Both the position numbers and the translations under genes were made by a program. Shown here in pieces: positions 1 through 9,374 of a stretch of DNA of 64,000 nucleotides (position 1 is the first letter of the stretch; each line of letters starts with the position of its first letter). Below the pieces are notes generated by a model. It did not search any database and was not told the DNA's origin. It saw only the letters and a program-made list of their open reading frames with translations. The stretch comes from a bacterium (GTDB lineage: Bacteria > SAR324 > NAC60-12): the NCBI GenBank assembly GCA_965233585.1, contig CBDDTI010000746.1, positions 121,905 to 185,904 of the forward strand. The letters run 5' to 3'.

Positions 1-586
1 AATGGTGGGGTCTTCTTGGGACATGCCTAGTGCATCACAAGTGATATAGTCGTCAATGATTAAATCTCCCAAAACACACACGTTGATTTTTCCAAAAGAT
101 TCAATCTGCTGTTTTAAAGTGGTTGTTTTAATGTCCCTACGATTGAGGAAAGAACGGGGTTGAATCAAGTTTGTGAAGGTAGAAAGAGCAATTTCTTCAC
201 GAATTAAGCTGAATGAAGAAAAAACAGATTCACCAGAGCTGAAAAGTAGTTTCCCTCCATATGCCCGAAGTATTTCTAATTCAGGATTATATCGGTCTTC
301 ATACTCTTTCCCCTTGACTACAATATCAGGACGTTTCTGTTCAATAATCTGTTCAGGAGGGATTTCAATCAGGAAGGCATCGTGGACAATACTTAAATTT
401 TGAATTGCAACAAGTCTTTCCTTTTCAGCAATGTAAGCACTTTCATTCGCCAATTTATCGCTATATACACCGATTGCTAAATGCTCCCCACAGTCTGCTG
501 CAAATTTCAGTAAACGGATATGTCCGGGGTGCAGAATATTAAAAGTTCCTGAGACAAAAACTGTTGTCATACCCTGTAAAAATATT
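1..586 (-). CDS. Partial CDS (3' end outside window): HldE/RfaE-like bifunctional sugar-phosphate nucleotidyltransferase and PfkB-type kinase, with the nucleotidyltransferase domain N-terminal
   Basis: Reverse-strand translation from ATG at 586 gives MTTVFVSGTFNILHPGHIRLL (the HxGH nucleotidyltransferase motif). It is followed by ...KINVCVLGDLIIDDYITCDALG, the PfkB/HldE kinase N-terminal signature. The frame stays open to base 1. The ORF track omits it because no stop lies inside the window. Confidence 0.6.
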
Positions 587-983
587 GTACTAACTTACTT
601 CCCAGAATACAATTTAGAGAGTTCATCTAAATAAGGAGAATCTTCCCAGCAATTTTCTAGGTAGAAGGAAGATATTTTGGCATTATGATCAAATTCAGCT
701 CCTGATGCCATTTCATCATTCGACGTTCTACTTGATGTGCCTATTAAGGGCTTGTTAGTTAACCTTAATAATTCCAGGGCTTTTTGCTGTAAGGAAGATA
801 ACTTCTGGCAATTTACGTCTTCCATAAATTCTATAACTGCATTTTTTATTTCTAAAGGTGTATTCTCTATGACAATAATATTTTCTATGCCGTCCCAGCC
901 ATAATTAACCCAATCTTTCTTGAAGGATGTTAAAACCTCTTTAAAAGGAATAATTTTATTTCTTTTTTTACAAAACGGCATTG

Positions 984-1283
984 TTAAGTAATAAGTGATA
1001 GCTGATTATTCCGTTTTGCCATGAACAAAAGAACAGAATATTGTAATGCTTTAAGAGACTTGCTGTAACATTTGGTTTTCCTTCTCATTCTTGCCAAGAA
1101 ATGTCTCAAGAGAGAATTATACCCTTCTATCGTGTATGTTTCTGCCTTGGAACATGTATGAATTTCTTTGGGAATGACTTGTTTGTAAGCCTTGCAGTGA
1201 TCAGTCATCACCTGAAGAGGTTTTGTTTCCTTGACCTTGTCCCATAAATGCCTACAGGCTTTTGAGTCTCTGTTTCCAAGCAC
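984..1283 (-). CDS. insB: IS1 InsB frame (transposase catalytic part), expressed as an InsAB' fusion by a programmed -1 frameshift
   Basis: ...YTIEGYNSLLRHFLARMRRKTKCYSKSLKAL matches the IS1 InsB C-terminus ([25 protein letters not shown]). The -1 frame upstream of the A8 run continues the InsB homology, as judged against the second copy at 37.3-37.9 kb. Confidence 0.75.
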   Translation of the reverse strand: MLGNRDSKACRHLWDKVKETKPLQVMTDHCKAYKQVIPKEIHTCSKAETYTIEGYNSLLRHFLARMRRKTKCYSKSLKALQYSVLLFMAKRNNQLSLIT

Positions 1284-1666
1284 ATAATTGATAAATTGCT
1301 TCCCACATCTATCAACAGCAATCCAGAGCCAGCAGTAGTTTTTTTTGACTGGATGTAGGTGTGCATTTCATCAATTTCCATAATTTCAATGTCTGTGTCC
1401 TTTCTTAATGCCTTGAGCTGTTCGCCAAAACTACAGACCCAATTATAAACTGAAACATGAGAACAATTCAGCAAACGACCGATTGACCTGAAACCAAGAC
1501 CCTCCAAATACAACTCTAATGCTCTTCTTTTGATCTGTGGTGAGATTTGACCACGATAGGACTTGGTATATTGATAGTTGCAGGCATTGCAACGCCTCCT
1601 CGGTTTACCATATAAAAAACCATTCTTAACCATCTTCTCACTTTCACATCTAGGACACGACTTCAT
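1208..1666 (-). CDS. insA: IS1 InsA (zinc-finger/HTH) reading frame. It reads past the A8C slip site in the 0 frame
   Basis: MKSCPRCESEKMVKNGFLYGKPRRRCNACNYQYT has the CxxC...CxxC zinc finger, and RLLNCSHVSVYNW is the HTH. Both are typical of IS1 InsA. Confidence 0.8.
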   Translation of the reverse strand: MKSCPRCESEKMVKNGFLYGKPRRRCNACNYQYTKSYRGQISPQIKRRALELYLEGLGFRSIGRLLNCSHVSVYNWVCSFGEQLKALRKDTDIEIMEIDEMHTYIQSKKTTAGSGLLLIDVGSNLSIMCLETETQKPVGIYGTRSRKQNLFR

Positions 1667-2734
1667 TGCTACACCATGACTATCAATTCAATTAAATGAA
1701 CTTAATATCGCATATCACTTATAGTTTAACAATACCTACAAAAGAAATGTTTATAGCAACACATATTTTTTGTAGCAAGATACAAATTGGTGCAATTGGA
1801 TCTGAAAACAGGTTTATCTAATGCGTTAGCTAATTCTGAAAGACCTGAATCTCCTCCTATAAATGCACGACATTGATGAATTAAAAAAAGATCACCAATA
1901 TTTGAATAATAAGGTGTTTTAATATAATCAATGACTCTTTCCATTTTTGGTAAAGCAGTCATTGAAGGATCACCCATACGAATCACATATCCTCCTCGCT
2001 CTGTAATATAACGTATTGCGGGTACATAGTTAGATATGGTCGAACTTCTTGTGTTTACTTGTTCATTATGATAACCCGATTCTCGAACATGTAAACAAAT
2101 CCACCAATCTTCTTCATTAATCCCCAAAGATTGTAACAATTCTTGTCCTTTTTTTAACTGGCTCTGATTTAAATTAACTGCTAAAGGTACATTAAACCTC
2201 TTATCATGTCTAAAATTTAAACCACGAATACACTCAAGAAATCTCCCTTGTTGATAACCTATCTTTCTATCCAAGTTTAAGCCCTTTGTAATATTTAACT
2301 TCCTTAAAGGATAAATCAGTCTGTTATAGAAAAGTACTAAATCAAGAAGAAGAAAGTAAACGAGCTTATATTTCCAACTACTTTGATCTTGCTTACAATC
2401 AAAATGACAGAAGTAAATTTCTTTATTGGCAATCTTTAACGATGTTGGAATACATACAAGAGTTTTTTTCTGTTTGTTTTGCTAAAACAGCAGCTACTTT
2501 AATATCAATACTCAAAAAACCCATACAAGCTCCCCATGGAAGAATAACAATATATCTATCAGGAGGAAATATTTTATCAACAATCTTTTGAAGTATTTTA
2601 ATTAAAATTTGATTCATTTTTAGTCTAAATAAATTTAAGCAGTCTGTTTTAGTTAATCTAATGTACTGGGAAAAGTTATTAAAATATAATAGAAAATCTA
2701 ATACTACTATTGCTTACAAAAGTATTGTATCTGT

Positions 2735-3991
2735 TTATTTCCCAGAATATAATTTAGAAAGTTCATCTAAATAAGGAGAATCTTCCCAACAATTTTCCAG
2801 GTAAAAGGAAGATATCTTAGCAAGATGATCACATTTAGCTCCTGAGGCTAAAGCGTCATTCCCATAATTTGAACTATCTTGACCAATCAAAGGCTTGTTT
2901 GTCAATCTGATCAGATCAAGAGCTTCTTGCTGTAATGGAGATAATTTTTGACAATCTAAATCTTCCATAAATTCCATAACTGTGTTTCTTATTTCTAAAG
3001 GCGTATTCTCTATCACAATAAAATTTTCTATGTATTTCCAACCATAAGTAACCCAATCTTTTTTGAAGGACATTAAGATTTCTTTAAAAGGGATAATCTT
3101 TTTTCTCTTTTTACAAAAGATATGCTTATAACAACATATATTTCCCATGGTTGTAAATAAATCGAAGTTATTTATCCTACAAACTGCTTTACCTAATAAT
3201 AAAGCTAGTTCCGCAAGACCTGAATCTCCTCCTATAAATGCACGACATTGATGAATTAAAAAAAGATCACCAATATCTGAATAATAAGGTGTTTTAATAT
3301 AATCAATGACTCTTTCCATTTTTGGTAAAGCAGTCATTGAAGGATCACCCATACGAATCACATATCCTCCTCGCTCTGTAATATAACGTATTACACTTAT
3401 ATAATTAGAGATGCTTGCATCTCTGTAAGTTCTACCTTGATCTTTGTAATAACCTGACTCACGAACGTGTAAACAAACCCACCATTCATTCTCATTTATT
3501 CCCAAAAATTGTAGCAGTTTTTGTCCTCTTTTTAATTGAGATTTATTTATATGAACAGCCAATGGTTTATAAAATCTTATATCAAATTTTAAACTCAACC
3601 CAGAAATACATTTATAAAAATTTCCTTGTTGATAGCCTATTTTTTCATCTAAATTTAACCCTTGTGTAACGTTTAATTTTCTCAAAGGATAAATAACTCT
3701 GTTATAAAAAAGAACTAAATCAACAAGAATAAAATAAATAAGTTTATATTTCCAACTACTTTGATCTTGATTACAATCAAAATGACAGAAATAAAGCTCT
3801 TTATTAACAGTATTTGGTGTCGGAATACATATTAAAGTTTTTCCTGTTTCCTTCGCTAAAACAGCAGCTACTTTGACATCAATAGAAAGATACCCCATAC
3901 AAGCCCCCCATGGAACAATAACAATATACCTATCAGAAGGAAACATCTTATCTACAATTTTTTGAAGTATTTTAATTAAAATTTGATTCAT
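2735..3991 (-). CDS. Intact 418-aa putative GT-B-fold glycosyltransferase-like protein of uncharacterized family
   Basis: The N-terminal PWGACMGYLSIDVKVAAVLAKETGKTL and the C-terminal RAFIGGDSGLAELALLLGKAV resemble the two GT-B half-domain motifs. It sits inside the sugar-biosynthesis cluster. The family assignment is by pattern only. Confidence 0.4.
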   Translation of the reverse strand: MNQILIKILQKIVDKMFPSDRYIVIVPWGACMGYLSIDVKVAAVLAKETGKTLICIPTPNTVNKELYFCHFDCNQDQSSWKYKLIYFILVDLVLFYNRVIYPLRKLNVTQGLNLDEKIGYQQGNFYKCISGLSLKFDIRFYKPLAVHINKSQLKRGQKLLQFLGINENEWWVCLHVRESGYYKDQGRTYRDASISNYISVIRYITERGGYVIRMGDPSMTALPKMERVIDYIKTPYYSDIGDLFLIHQCRAFIGGDSGLAELALLLGKAVCRINNFDLFTTMGNICCYKHIFCKKRKKIIPFKEILMSFKKDWVTYGWKYIENFIVIENTPLEIRNTVMEFMEDLDCQKLSPLQQEALDLIRLTNKPLIGQDSSNYGNDALASGAKCDHLAKISSFYLENCWEDSPYLDELSKLYSGK

Positions 3992-4259
3992 TTTTAATCT
4001 AAATAAATTGAGAGTTTTAAATAAAGAATGTTGTAAACCATTATCTACGGTTTGTTTTTTGCTTGGTATTCACTTCTTTTTTGAGGAGACCTTGCGACAG
4101 ACTTCCCAGACCCGGTGCAATAATATTTCGCTTCTCAGACGCAGGTCTCTTTCCTCTGCTTAGTGCTTCGCGTAAACTGATAACCGTATCCTTTACACTT
4201 ATGACTCTGTTTTCCCCAAGTGCTTACTATTTTATTAGTTATTAAGTATTTTATTTGTT

Positions 4260-4380
4260 TCTTTACAGAAAATAGATGTCTGACTATTTCGTATCTGAGA
4301 GCCAAAACAAAATATTTGTCACAAGGGAATAATTTATCTACAATTCTTTGAATGAATAGAGTCAGAAAAATCTTTGAGAA
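4260..4380 (-). pseudogene. Short N-terminal remnant of a third copy of the GT-B-like gene, inside ORF 4135..4440
   Basis: IQRIVDKLFPCDKYFV versus LQKIVDKMFPSDRYIV of the intact copy. The similarity is lost after ~30 aa. Confidence 0.45.
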
Positions 4381-4393
4381 GTCATTACAATAA

Positions 4394-5425
4394 TTAAAAT
4401 TTGATAATAGGTCTAAAAACACGATGATTTTCAAGATCATCTAAAGCTTGATTGATTTGATCTAAAGTATAGTATTGTGATATGAATCTTTGAAATATTG
4501 AAGATTTTTTCTCATAGAATTTTGCTAATTTAGGAATGTCATGATCAGGGAAGCAACCTCCACCATTAGTTCCTACTATCTTTTTTCCACATATCAGTTC
4601 AAAGGGATCAAGAGAAATTTGATCACCATATTGAGGATGAGATGCAAAAATACAAGTACCATGTTTTTTGTTGAGAATCGCAAAGGCTTGCTCAATAGTT
4701 TTTGTAAATCCTGCAGACTCTATGGCATAATCTACGCCCAATCCACTGGTTAAATCTACAACTTCTGAAACAGGGTCATTACTGTTTGCAAAAACAACAT
4801 CAGCTCCTAAGTTTTTAGCAAAGTTTAGTTTTTCTTGAGAAACATCAATGACAATTCTTTGTCGACAAGGAAAAACTAGAGAAGTGATGAAAGCACTCAT
4901 ACCAATTCCACCAAGCCCCCAAAAAGCTAAAATAGAATTTTCTTTGATTTCAAGTTCATTCAAAATGATTCCTGCTCCCGTTGGGATAGCACAACCAAAA
5001 AGAGCCGCTATGTCTAAAGGTAAGCCATTAGGCAAAAGCGTGCAACGATTTTCTGAAACCACAGCATAATTATTGAAGGTTGTCACCGCACCAGCATTAA
5101 CTTTTCCTAGTTTTTTATGATAGTAACTGATACCTCCTTCATCTAATCCACTTCCTTTAATCCAACCTAATATCACTTGGTCATCAATTTTTACTTTTTT
5201 TACTTTTTGTCCAATATCAATGACGGTTCCGCTGCCTTCATGTCCTAACAAATGAGGAAGATATTTGTTTTTTCCTCTTTTACCTCTAACTTCCATCAAC
5301 TGACTTTGACATACTCCTGCATACTCTAGTTTGACTAACAGTTGACCATCTTTTAGTTTGGGAATTTCAATATTTTCTAAGAGAACAAGTGATTGGTTGA
5401 ACTGTTGTAGAATGGCGGCTTGCAT
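4394..5425 (-). CDS. Zn-dependent alcohol dehydrogenase family oxidoreductase
   Basis: GHEGSGTV is the Zn-ADH signature. The protein is 343 aa with an MDR-family layout. Confidence 0.7.
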   Translation of the reverse strand: MQAAILQQFNQSLVLLENIEIPKLKDGQLLVKLEYAGVCQSQLMEVRGKRGKNKYLPHLLGHEGSGTVIDIGQKVKKVKIDDQVILGWIKGSGLDEGGISYYHKKLGKVNAGAVTTFNNYAVVSENRCTLLPNGLPLDIAALFGCAIPTGAGIILNELEIKENSILAFWGLGGIGMSAFITSLVFPCRQRIVIDVSQEKLNFAKNLGADVVFANSNDPVSEVVDLTSGLGVDYAIESAGFTKTIEQAFAILNKKHGTCIFASHPQYGDQISLDPFELICGKKIVGTNGGGCFPDHDIPKLAKFYEKKSSIFQRFISQYYTLDQINQALDDLENHRVFRPIIKF

Positions 5426-5454
5426 AAAAATTTATATTCGTCTAAAAATATTGA

Positions 5455-6627
5455 TTATTTGTCAGTTAATGAATTTGCTTTAATAAAACTCACATATTGT
5501 GTTCCTCTTCCAAATGCCGATTTGAAATGTTGTAAACCCGCTACATTAGCAGCAGTTACATTATCACTTTCAAGAATATGTATCAAGTCGTTTAATGATT
5601 CAATTACAGCTTTCTGAGGGTTTTTAACTAAAATTTTTTTTATAGAACGTATTATTTCTAGTGCCTCTTCATTTAGATTTTCTTCATAAGATTCTCTTGC
5701 CTTATTAGAAATTTCATAAAAATAATTACAAAACCTTCTTAGGCGATCTAAATCATGCTTAGGCAAAGGATGACAATCAAAAACTTTATAATGAATCAAG
5801 TTGTGCCATACATTGTAAAAATTTTCTATTTTTTTGTTATTGTAATCTTGTGTATTTAACGGTACTTCTTTAAACCAAGTATCATCTAAAATCAATCTTG
5901 GGCATATATGATAAAAACTGTAGCTGTCTTGCAAAAATTTTATAGCATCAACAACAGAAAAAGTATATAGTCTAGCAGCCAAAAGATTATCTGCACACCA
6001 ATTTTCTTTAGAACGAGATAATCCTTTTAACGTTTCTAAATGTGAACCAAAAGCATCAACCCCAAGTTTTATTTTATCATCAAAAGATTTCACTACATTT
6101 CTTTGGCATAATACACTAAATAAAAAATGCCTACATGCTTCAAAGAAAAAAGAAATCTCATCACAACAGTTGATAACTAAAACACCATTTTTTTTCAAAT
6201 GAAGGTCTAACAACTTTAAGATATCAAAACTGTTTTCAATGCAAATCAGTAGATTTTCGCAAATAACAATATCAAATTTTTCAGATTCATCAAGCTGCTC
6301 AATATAAATATTTTGAATATCTATATTATTCATATTGACATTAAAATGATTAAAAGTTTTTCTACAATCTTCAAAAGCTATTTTATTTGGTTCAATAAGT
6401 TTATAAAAAAAGGGTTTTATATTTGCAATATAAAGTGAATCATAACCAGGACCTGGACCTACTTCAAGAAGTGAACTTTTTTTGAAAATCTCAGAAGGTA
6501 AACCTAGAGATTCATAAAGTTTTTTTCTAATGTAAAGTTTTTTTGAAAGTTCTGATTGAGTTGAAAATCCTTGATATGAAGGAGATATATTGTATTTTTT
6601 ATAATGTTTTGTTAAAGCATTCTCCAT
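5455..6627 (-). CDS. Class I SAM-dependent methyltransferase (390 aa)
   Basis: LLEVGPGPGYDSL is motif I. Confidence 0.6.
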   Translation of the reverse strand: MENALTKHYKKYNISPSYQGFSTQSELSKKLYIRKKLYESLGLPSEIFKKSSLLEVGPGPGYDSLYIANIKPFFYKLIEPNKIAFEDCRKTFNHFNVNMNNIDIQNIYIEQLDESEKFDIVICENLLICIENSFDILKLLDLHLKKNGVLVINCCDEISFFFEACRHFLFSVLCQRNVVKSFDDKIKLGVDAFGSHLETLKGLSRSKENWCADNLLAARLYTFSVVDAIKFLQDSYSFYHICPRLILDDTWFKEVPLNTQDYNNKKIENFYNVWHNLIHYKVFDCHPLPKHDLDRLRRFCNYFYEISNKARESYEENLNEEALEIIRSIKKILVKNPQKAVIESLNDLIHILESDNVTAANVAGLQHFKSAFGRGTQYVSFIKANSLTDK

Positions 6628-6652
6628 ATTTTATCCTTATTATTAGAAATGA

Positions 6653-7726
6653 TTAGAAATTTAAATTTTTAATGATCTCAATGACTTGTTCAATATCTGT
6701 TAACTCCTGACTTGGTCCCGCAGGAAATATTAAAGCCTCTTGATCAAAAATATCTGCATTTTTAAAACTACGAGAAATATTAATATGTTTTGCTTTATCG
6801 ATACTCCCCATATCTCTACAACACATGACACCATTTTCATTTAAAATTCTAATGATTTTTTCCCTTTTGGGGGACAAAAAGATTGGTCTCATAGGTGTTT
6901 CTATTTCTGTATTCATTTCTAAGATTTTTAGGTAGGGGATGTTAGCTAAACCTTGTTCGTAAAGTTGATAGATTTCTCTTTGTCTTTGAACTAACTTTTC
7001 TATCTTTTCTATTTGATTTAAACCTATACTTGCATAAATATCAGAATATTTGAAGTTGTAAGACAAGCATAGAGGTTCAAATTCTTTTCTGACATCAAAG
7101 ACTCCTTGATTTCTTATTCTAAGAAGCTTTTCATAATCCTTATCGTTATGGCAAACGACAAAGCCACCAGATACAGTACTAAAAACTTTAGTAATTCCTA
7201 GAGAAAAACAACCAAATCTTGAAAGAGTTCCCGCATAACTATCATTTTGTTTAGATAAAATAGATTGTGCAGCATCTTCAACAATATCTATTTGATGTTT
7301 TCTAGCTATGTTCTGGATAGCTTCCATATTCACCATTTTTCCATTGAGGTGAACTGGTACTATAGCTTTAGTTTTACTAGTAATAAGTGTTTCAATCTGA
7401 TCTATGTTCATCAGCTGAGTTTCCTTATCGACATCTACACAGACAATTTTAACTCCTAAAATCATACCAGCATTGGCTGTTGCAATATAGGTTCTTGCTG
7501 GAATAATGATTTCATCGTATGGCTTAACTCCTATTGCCATAAAAGACATTGTCAAAGCAGCTGTACCACTTGAACAACAAACTACATAAGGAACTTTTAA
7601 CTTTTTGGCTAGTTTTTGTTCCAGTTCTTGCGTCAACACTCCTTGAGTTACAGTTTTGTTATTGATTGCTTGAGTGAGGCAATTGATATCTGTCTGATCA
7701 TATTTGATGTTCCATAAATTTATCAT
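6653..7726 (-). CDS. DegT/DnrJ/EryC1/StrS-family PLP-dependent sugar aminotransferase
   Basis: SSGTAALT and the FSLGITK lysine region. 357 aa. Confidence 0.8.
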   Translation of the reverse strand: MINLWNIKYDQTDINCLTQAINNKTVTQGVLTQELEQKLAKKLKVPYVVCCSSGTAALTMSFMAIGVKPYDEIIIPARTYIATANAGMILGVKIVCVDVDKETQLMNIDQIETLITSKTKAIVPVHLNGKMVNMEAIQNIARKHQIDIVEDAAQSILSKQNDSYAGTLSRFGCFSLGITKVFSTVSGGFVVCHNDKDYEKLLRIRNQGVFDVRKEFEPLCLSYNFKYSDIYASIGLNQIEKIEKLVQRQREIYQLYEQGLANIPYLKILEMNTEIETPMRPIFLSPKREKIIRILNENGVMCCRDMGSIDKAKHINISRSFKNADIFDQEALIFPAGPSQELTDIEQVIEIIKNLNF

Positions 7727-7734
7727 TTTATTTT

Positions 7735-8460
7735 TTAATTTATAGAGATTGAACCATTATTTTTTAATAAACTTTCACTTCCAATCAAAGAAATACCTCC
7801 ATCCATAACTATTTCTTGACCTGTAATATAAGAACAATCATCAGATAGTAAAAAATTTAAAGCATTATAAATATCATCAGAATTAGCAATTCTTTTTAGT
7901 GGGCATAATTCTTTATATATTTTTAAATTTTTTTCTTGATTATAGTATTTAGCATTACTTGACTTAATACAAGAAGATGGAGAAAGCATATTGACTCTAA
8001 TATTTTTTTCACCCAGATGTACTGCATAATATCTTACTAAAGATTTTAAGGCACTTTTAGCAACAGAATACGAAATAGGTTGTTCATAAATAAAATACTG
8101 AGTGACAATAGAACCAATGATTACTATAGAAGCATTACGATTCAAAAATTCTCTAATATTTTCCATGATTAAAAAAGTTGCCTTTACACTTATCTGGAAC
8201 TCTCCTTCAAAAGATTTTTTAGTATCTCCTCTATATCGCTGAAAGAAAACAACATAATCTATTTGTTTTTCAGTAATCTTCTTCAAGATATCTTCAGTAG
8301 AAGATTCATTTGCTAAATTAACTTGATAATATGAAATATTATGATTATTTTCTACAAATTCATTACCTATAACTGAAATTTTTACATTATTATGCAGTTT
8401 TTTAACATAAACAGCTCCTAAACCTGTTGTTCCACCTACTATTAAATAGTGTTTTTGCAT
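7735..8460 (-). CDS. Short-chain dehydrogenase/reductase (SDR)
   Basis: LIVGGTTGLG is the N-terminal TGxxxGxG motif. 241 aa. Confidence 0.7.
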   Translation of the reverse strand: MQKHYLIVGGTTGLGAVYVKKLHNNVKISVIGNEFVENNHNISYYQVNLANESSTEDILKKITEKQIDYVVFFQRYRGDTKKSFEGEFQISVKATFLIMENIREFLNRNASIVIIGSIVTQYFIYEQPISYSVAKSALKSLVRYYAVHLGEKNIRVNMLSPSSCIKSSNAKYYNQEKNLKIYKELCPLKRIANSDDIYNALNFLLSDDCSYITGQEIVMDGGISLIGSESLLKNNGSISIN

Positions 8461-8484
8461 TTCAAATTGTTAAGTACTAAAAAA

Positions 8485-9164
8485 TTATTTCGGATGTATT
8501 AAACTCAAATTTTTTGCTGTAACAAAAGCATAATCTCCAGTATATTGGACATGTTGTAAAACTTTTTCCCATTCTTTTTTTGAAAAAATAGTCGCACCCA
8601 ATAAAGTCCACATTTTAAATAAATCAAACTCTTCTTGAGTTTCATAAGAAGCTAAAGTGATAAAACTTTTTCCTTTTCCAACTCTCTGAATCTCTTTTAA
8701 ACAAGAAATACCATCAGCTAGATTGAGAGGATAAACAACGCCAATAGCTACAATAAAATCAAATTGTGCATTGCCAAACGAAAGTTTTTCATAACGTCCT
8801 GTTTGATATTTTTTTGGATAGAAAGCATCGCATGTTCAATAGCATAGCTAGAGATTTCATAACGTGAAAGTTTTAAATCAGGAAAAAGAGTTTTCAAATC
8901 ATGCAACAAGAAACCTTTTTCACAACCAATTTGTAAAATAGAAGCATTTTTTGGAAGTGAATAGCCTTTCATGATTCTTTCAGCAAAGACTTTCCAGCGG
9001 CCATCATATCGGTATCCACCATACCCATCATTACGTTCACCATCGTAATACCTTTGATCACGATAAGAAGCAATGATTCTATTTTCAATGGTTCGAGTCT
9101 TAGGACTAACCAGTCTATGATTTTTAGGAGGTGGATAATCTTGTAATAAATTGTATTCTCCCAT
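8485..9164 (-). pseudogene. SAM-dependent methyltransferase, paralog of 10150..10809, with a frameshift inside an A7/T7 homopolymer (8809..8815)
   Basis: The 138-aa ORF 8748..9164 aligns to the N-terminal two-thirds of the 219-aa paralog (YGG.Y...ILD/QIGC.KGF.L.D). After a +1 shift at the T7 run, 8485..8760 translates to ...FDFIVAIGVVYPLNLADGISCLKE...WEKVLQHVQYTGDY. That aligns to ...FDLVIAINTIHNLEKDACKKALKE...WKTFFQEASYTGDY. Confidence 0.75.
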
Positions 9165-9179
9165 TCTTTATTTTTAATA

Positions 9180-9374
9180 CTATATTAACATTAAAAAAAT
9201 ATTGATATTTAGAAGTAAAAAATTATCTTCAATATTATTGTTAGGATTAAACTTGATAAGATTACAGTGATTTTTCAATAAAGGTATTAAATCAGTTGCT
9301 ACAGTACCTTTGTAACCACTTATTAAGACTTTTTTATTTTTGATGAAACTCATATTTAGATTACAGCTATTCAA
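9180..9374 (-). pseudogene. Remnant of the N-terminus of an epimerase/dehydratase-like gene, paralog of 12942..13769
   Basis: MSFIKNKKVLISGYKGTVATDLIPLLKNHCNLIKFNPNNNIE versus MSFIEGKKVLWNGFRGSVGSDLSFLLKDHCNLINFDPAKNIE. Similarity ends after ~45 aa. Confidence 0.6.

Larger units (their letters stand above)
973..1740 (-). mobile_element. Complete IS1-family insertion sequence (~768 bp) with imperfect terminal inverted repeats and an 8-bp target-site duplication TACAAAA(C/G)
   Basis: The terminal inverted repeats are GGCATTGTTAAGTAATAAGTGATA at the left end and its near-complement ...TATCACTTATAGTTTAACAATACCT at the right end. The flanking direct repeat is ttacaaaac at 966-974 and ctacaaaag at 1741-1749. 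The internal insA/insB ORFs meet at an A8C slippery site at 1341-1348. The length matches canonical IS1. Confidence 0.8.
595..2617 (-). pseudogene. Disrupted paralog of the 418-aa GT-B-like glycosyltransferase. It is split into three ORF fragments (2423..2617 N-terminal, 1726..2274 middle, 595..981 C-terminal) by frameshift(s) and an IS1 insertion
   Basis: The three fragment translations align collinearly to the intact 2735..3991 protein. The N-terminal fragment matches MNQILIKILQKIVDK, the middle fragment ends ...CCYKHFFC, and the C-terminal fragment resumes at FCKKRNKIIPFKEVL. The IS element sits exactly between the middle and C-terminal pieces. Confidence 0.8.

Noticed and set aside
173-403. 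ORF 173..403 (+), 76 aa.
   Set aside because: It lies antisense within the well-supported HldE-like CDS on the minus strand, and has no recognisable features.
4063-4245. ORF 4063..4245 (+) and ORF 4135..4440 (-) as real proteins.
   Set aside because: The translations are low-complexity with no motifs. The region is better explained as a GT-gene N-terminal remnant plus a GC-rich non-coding island.
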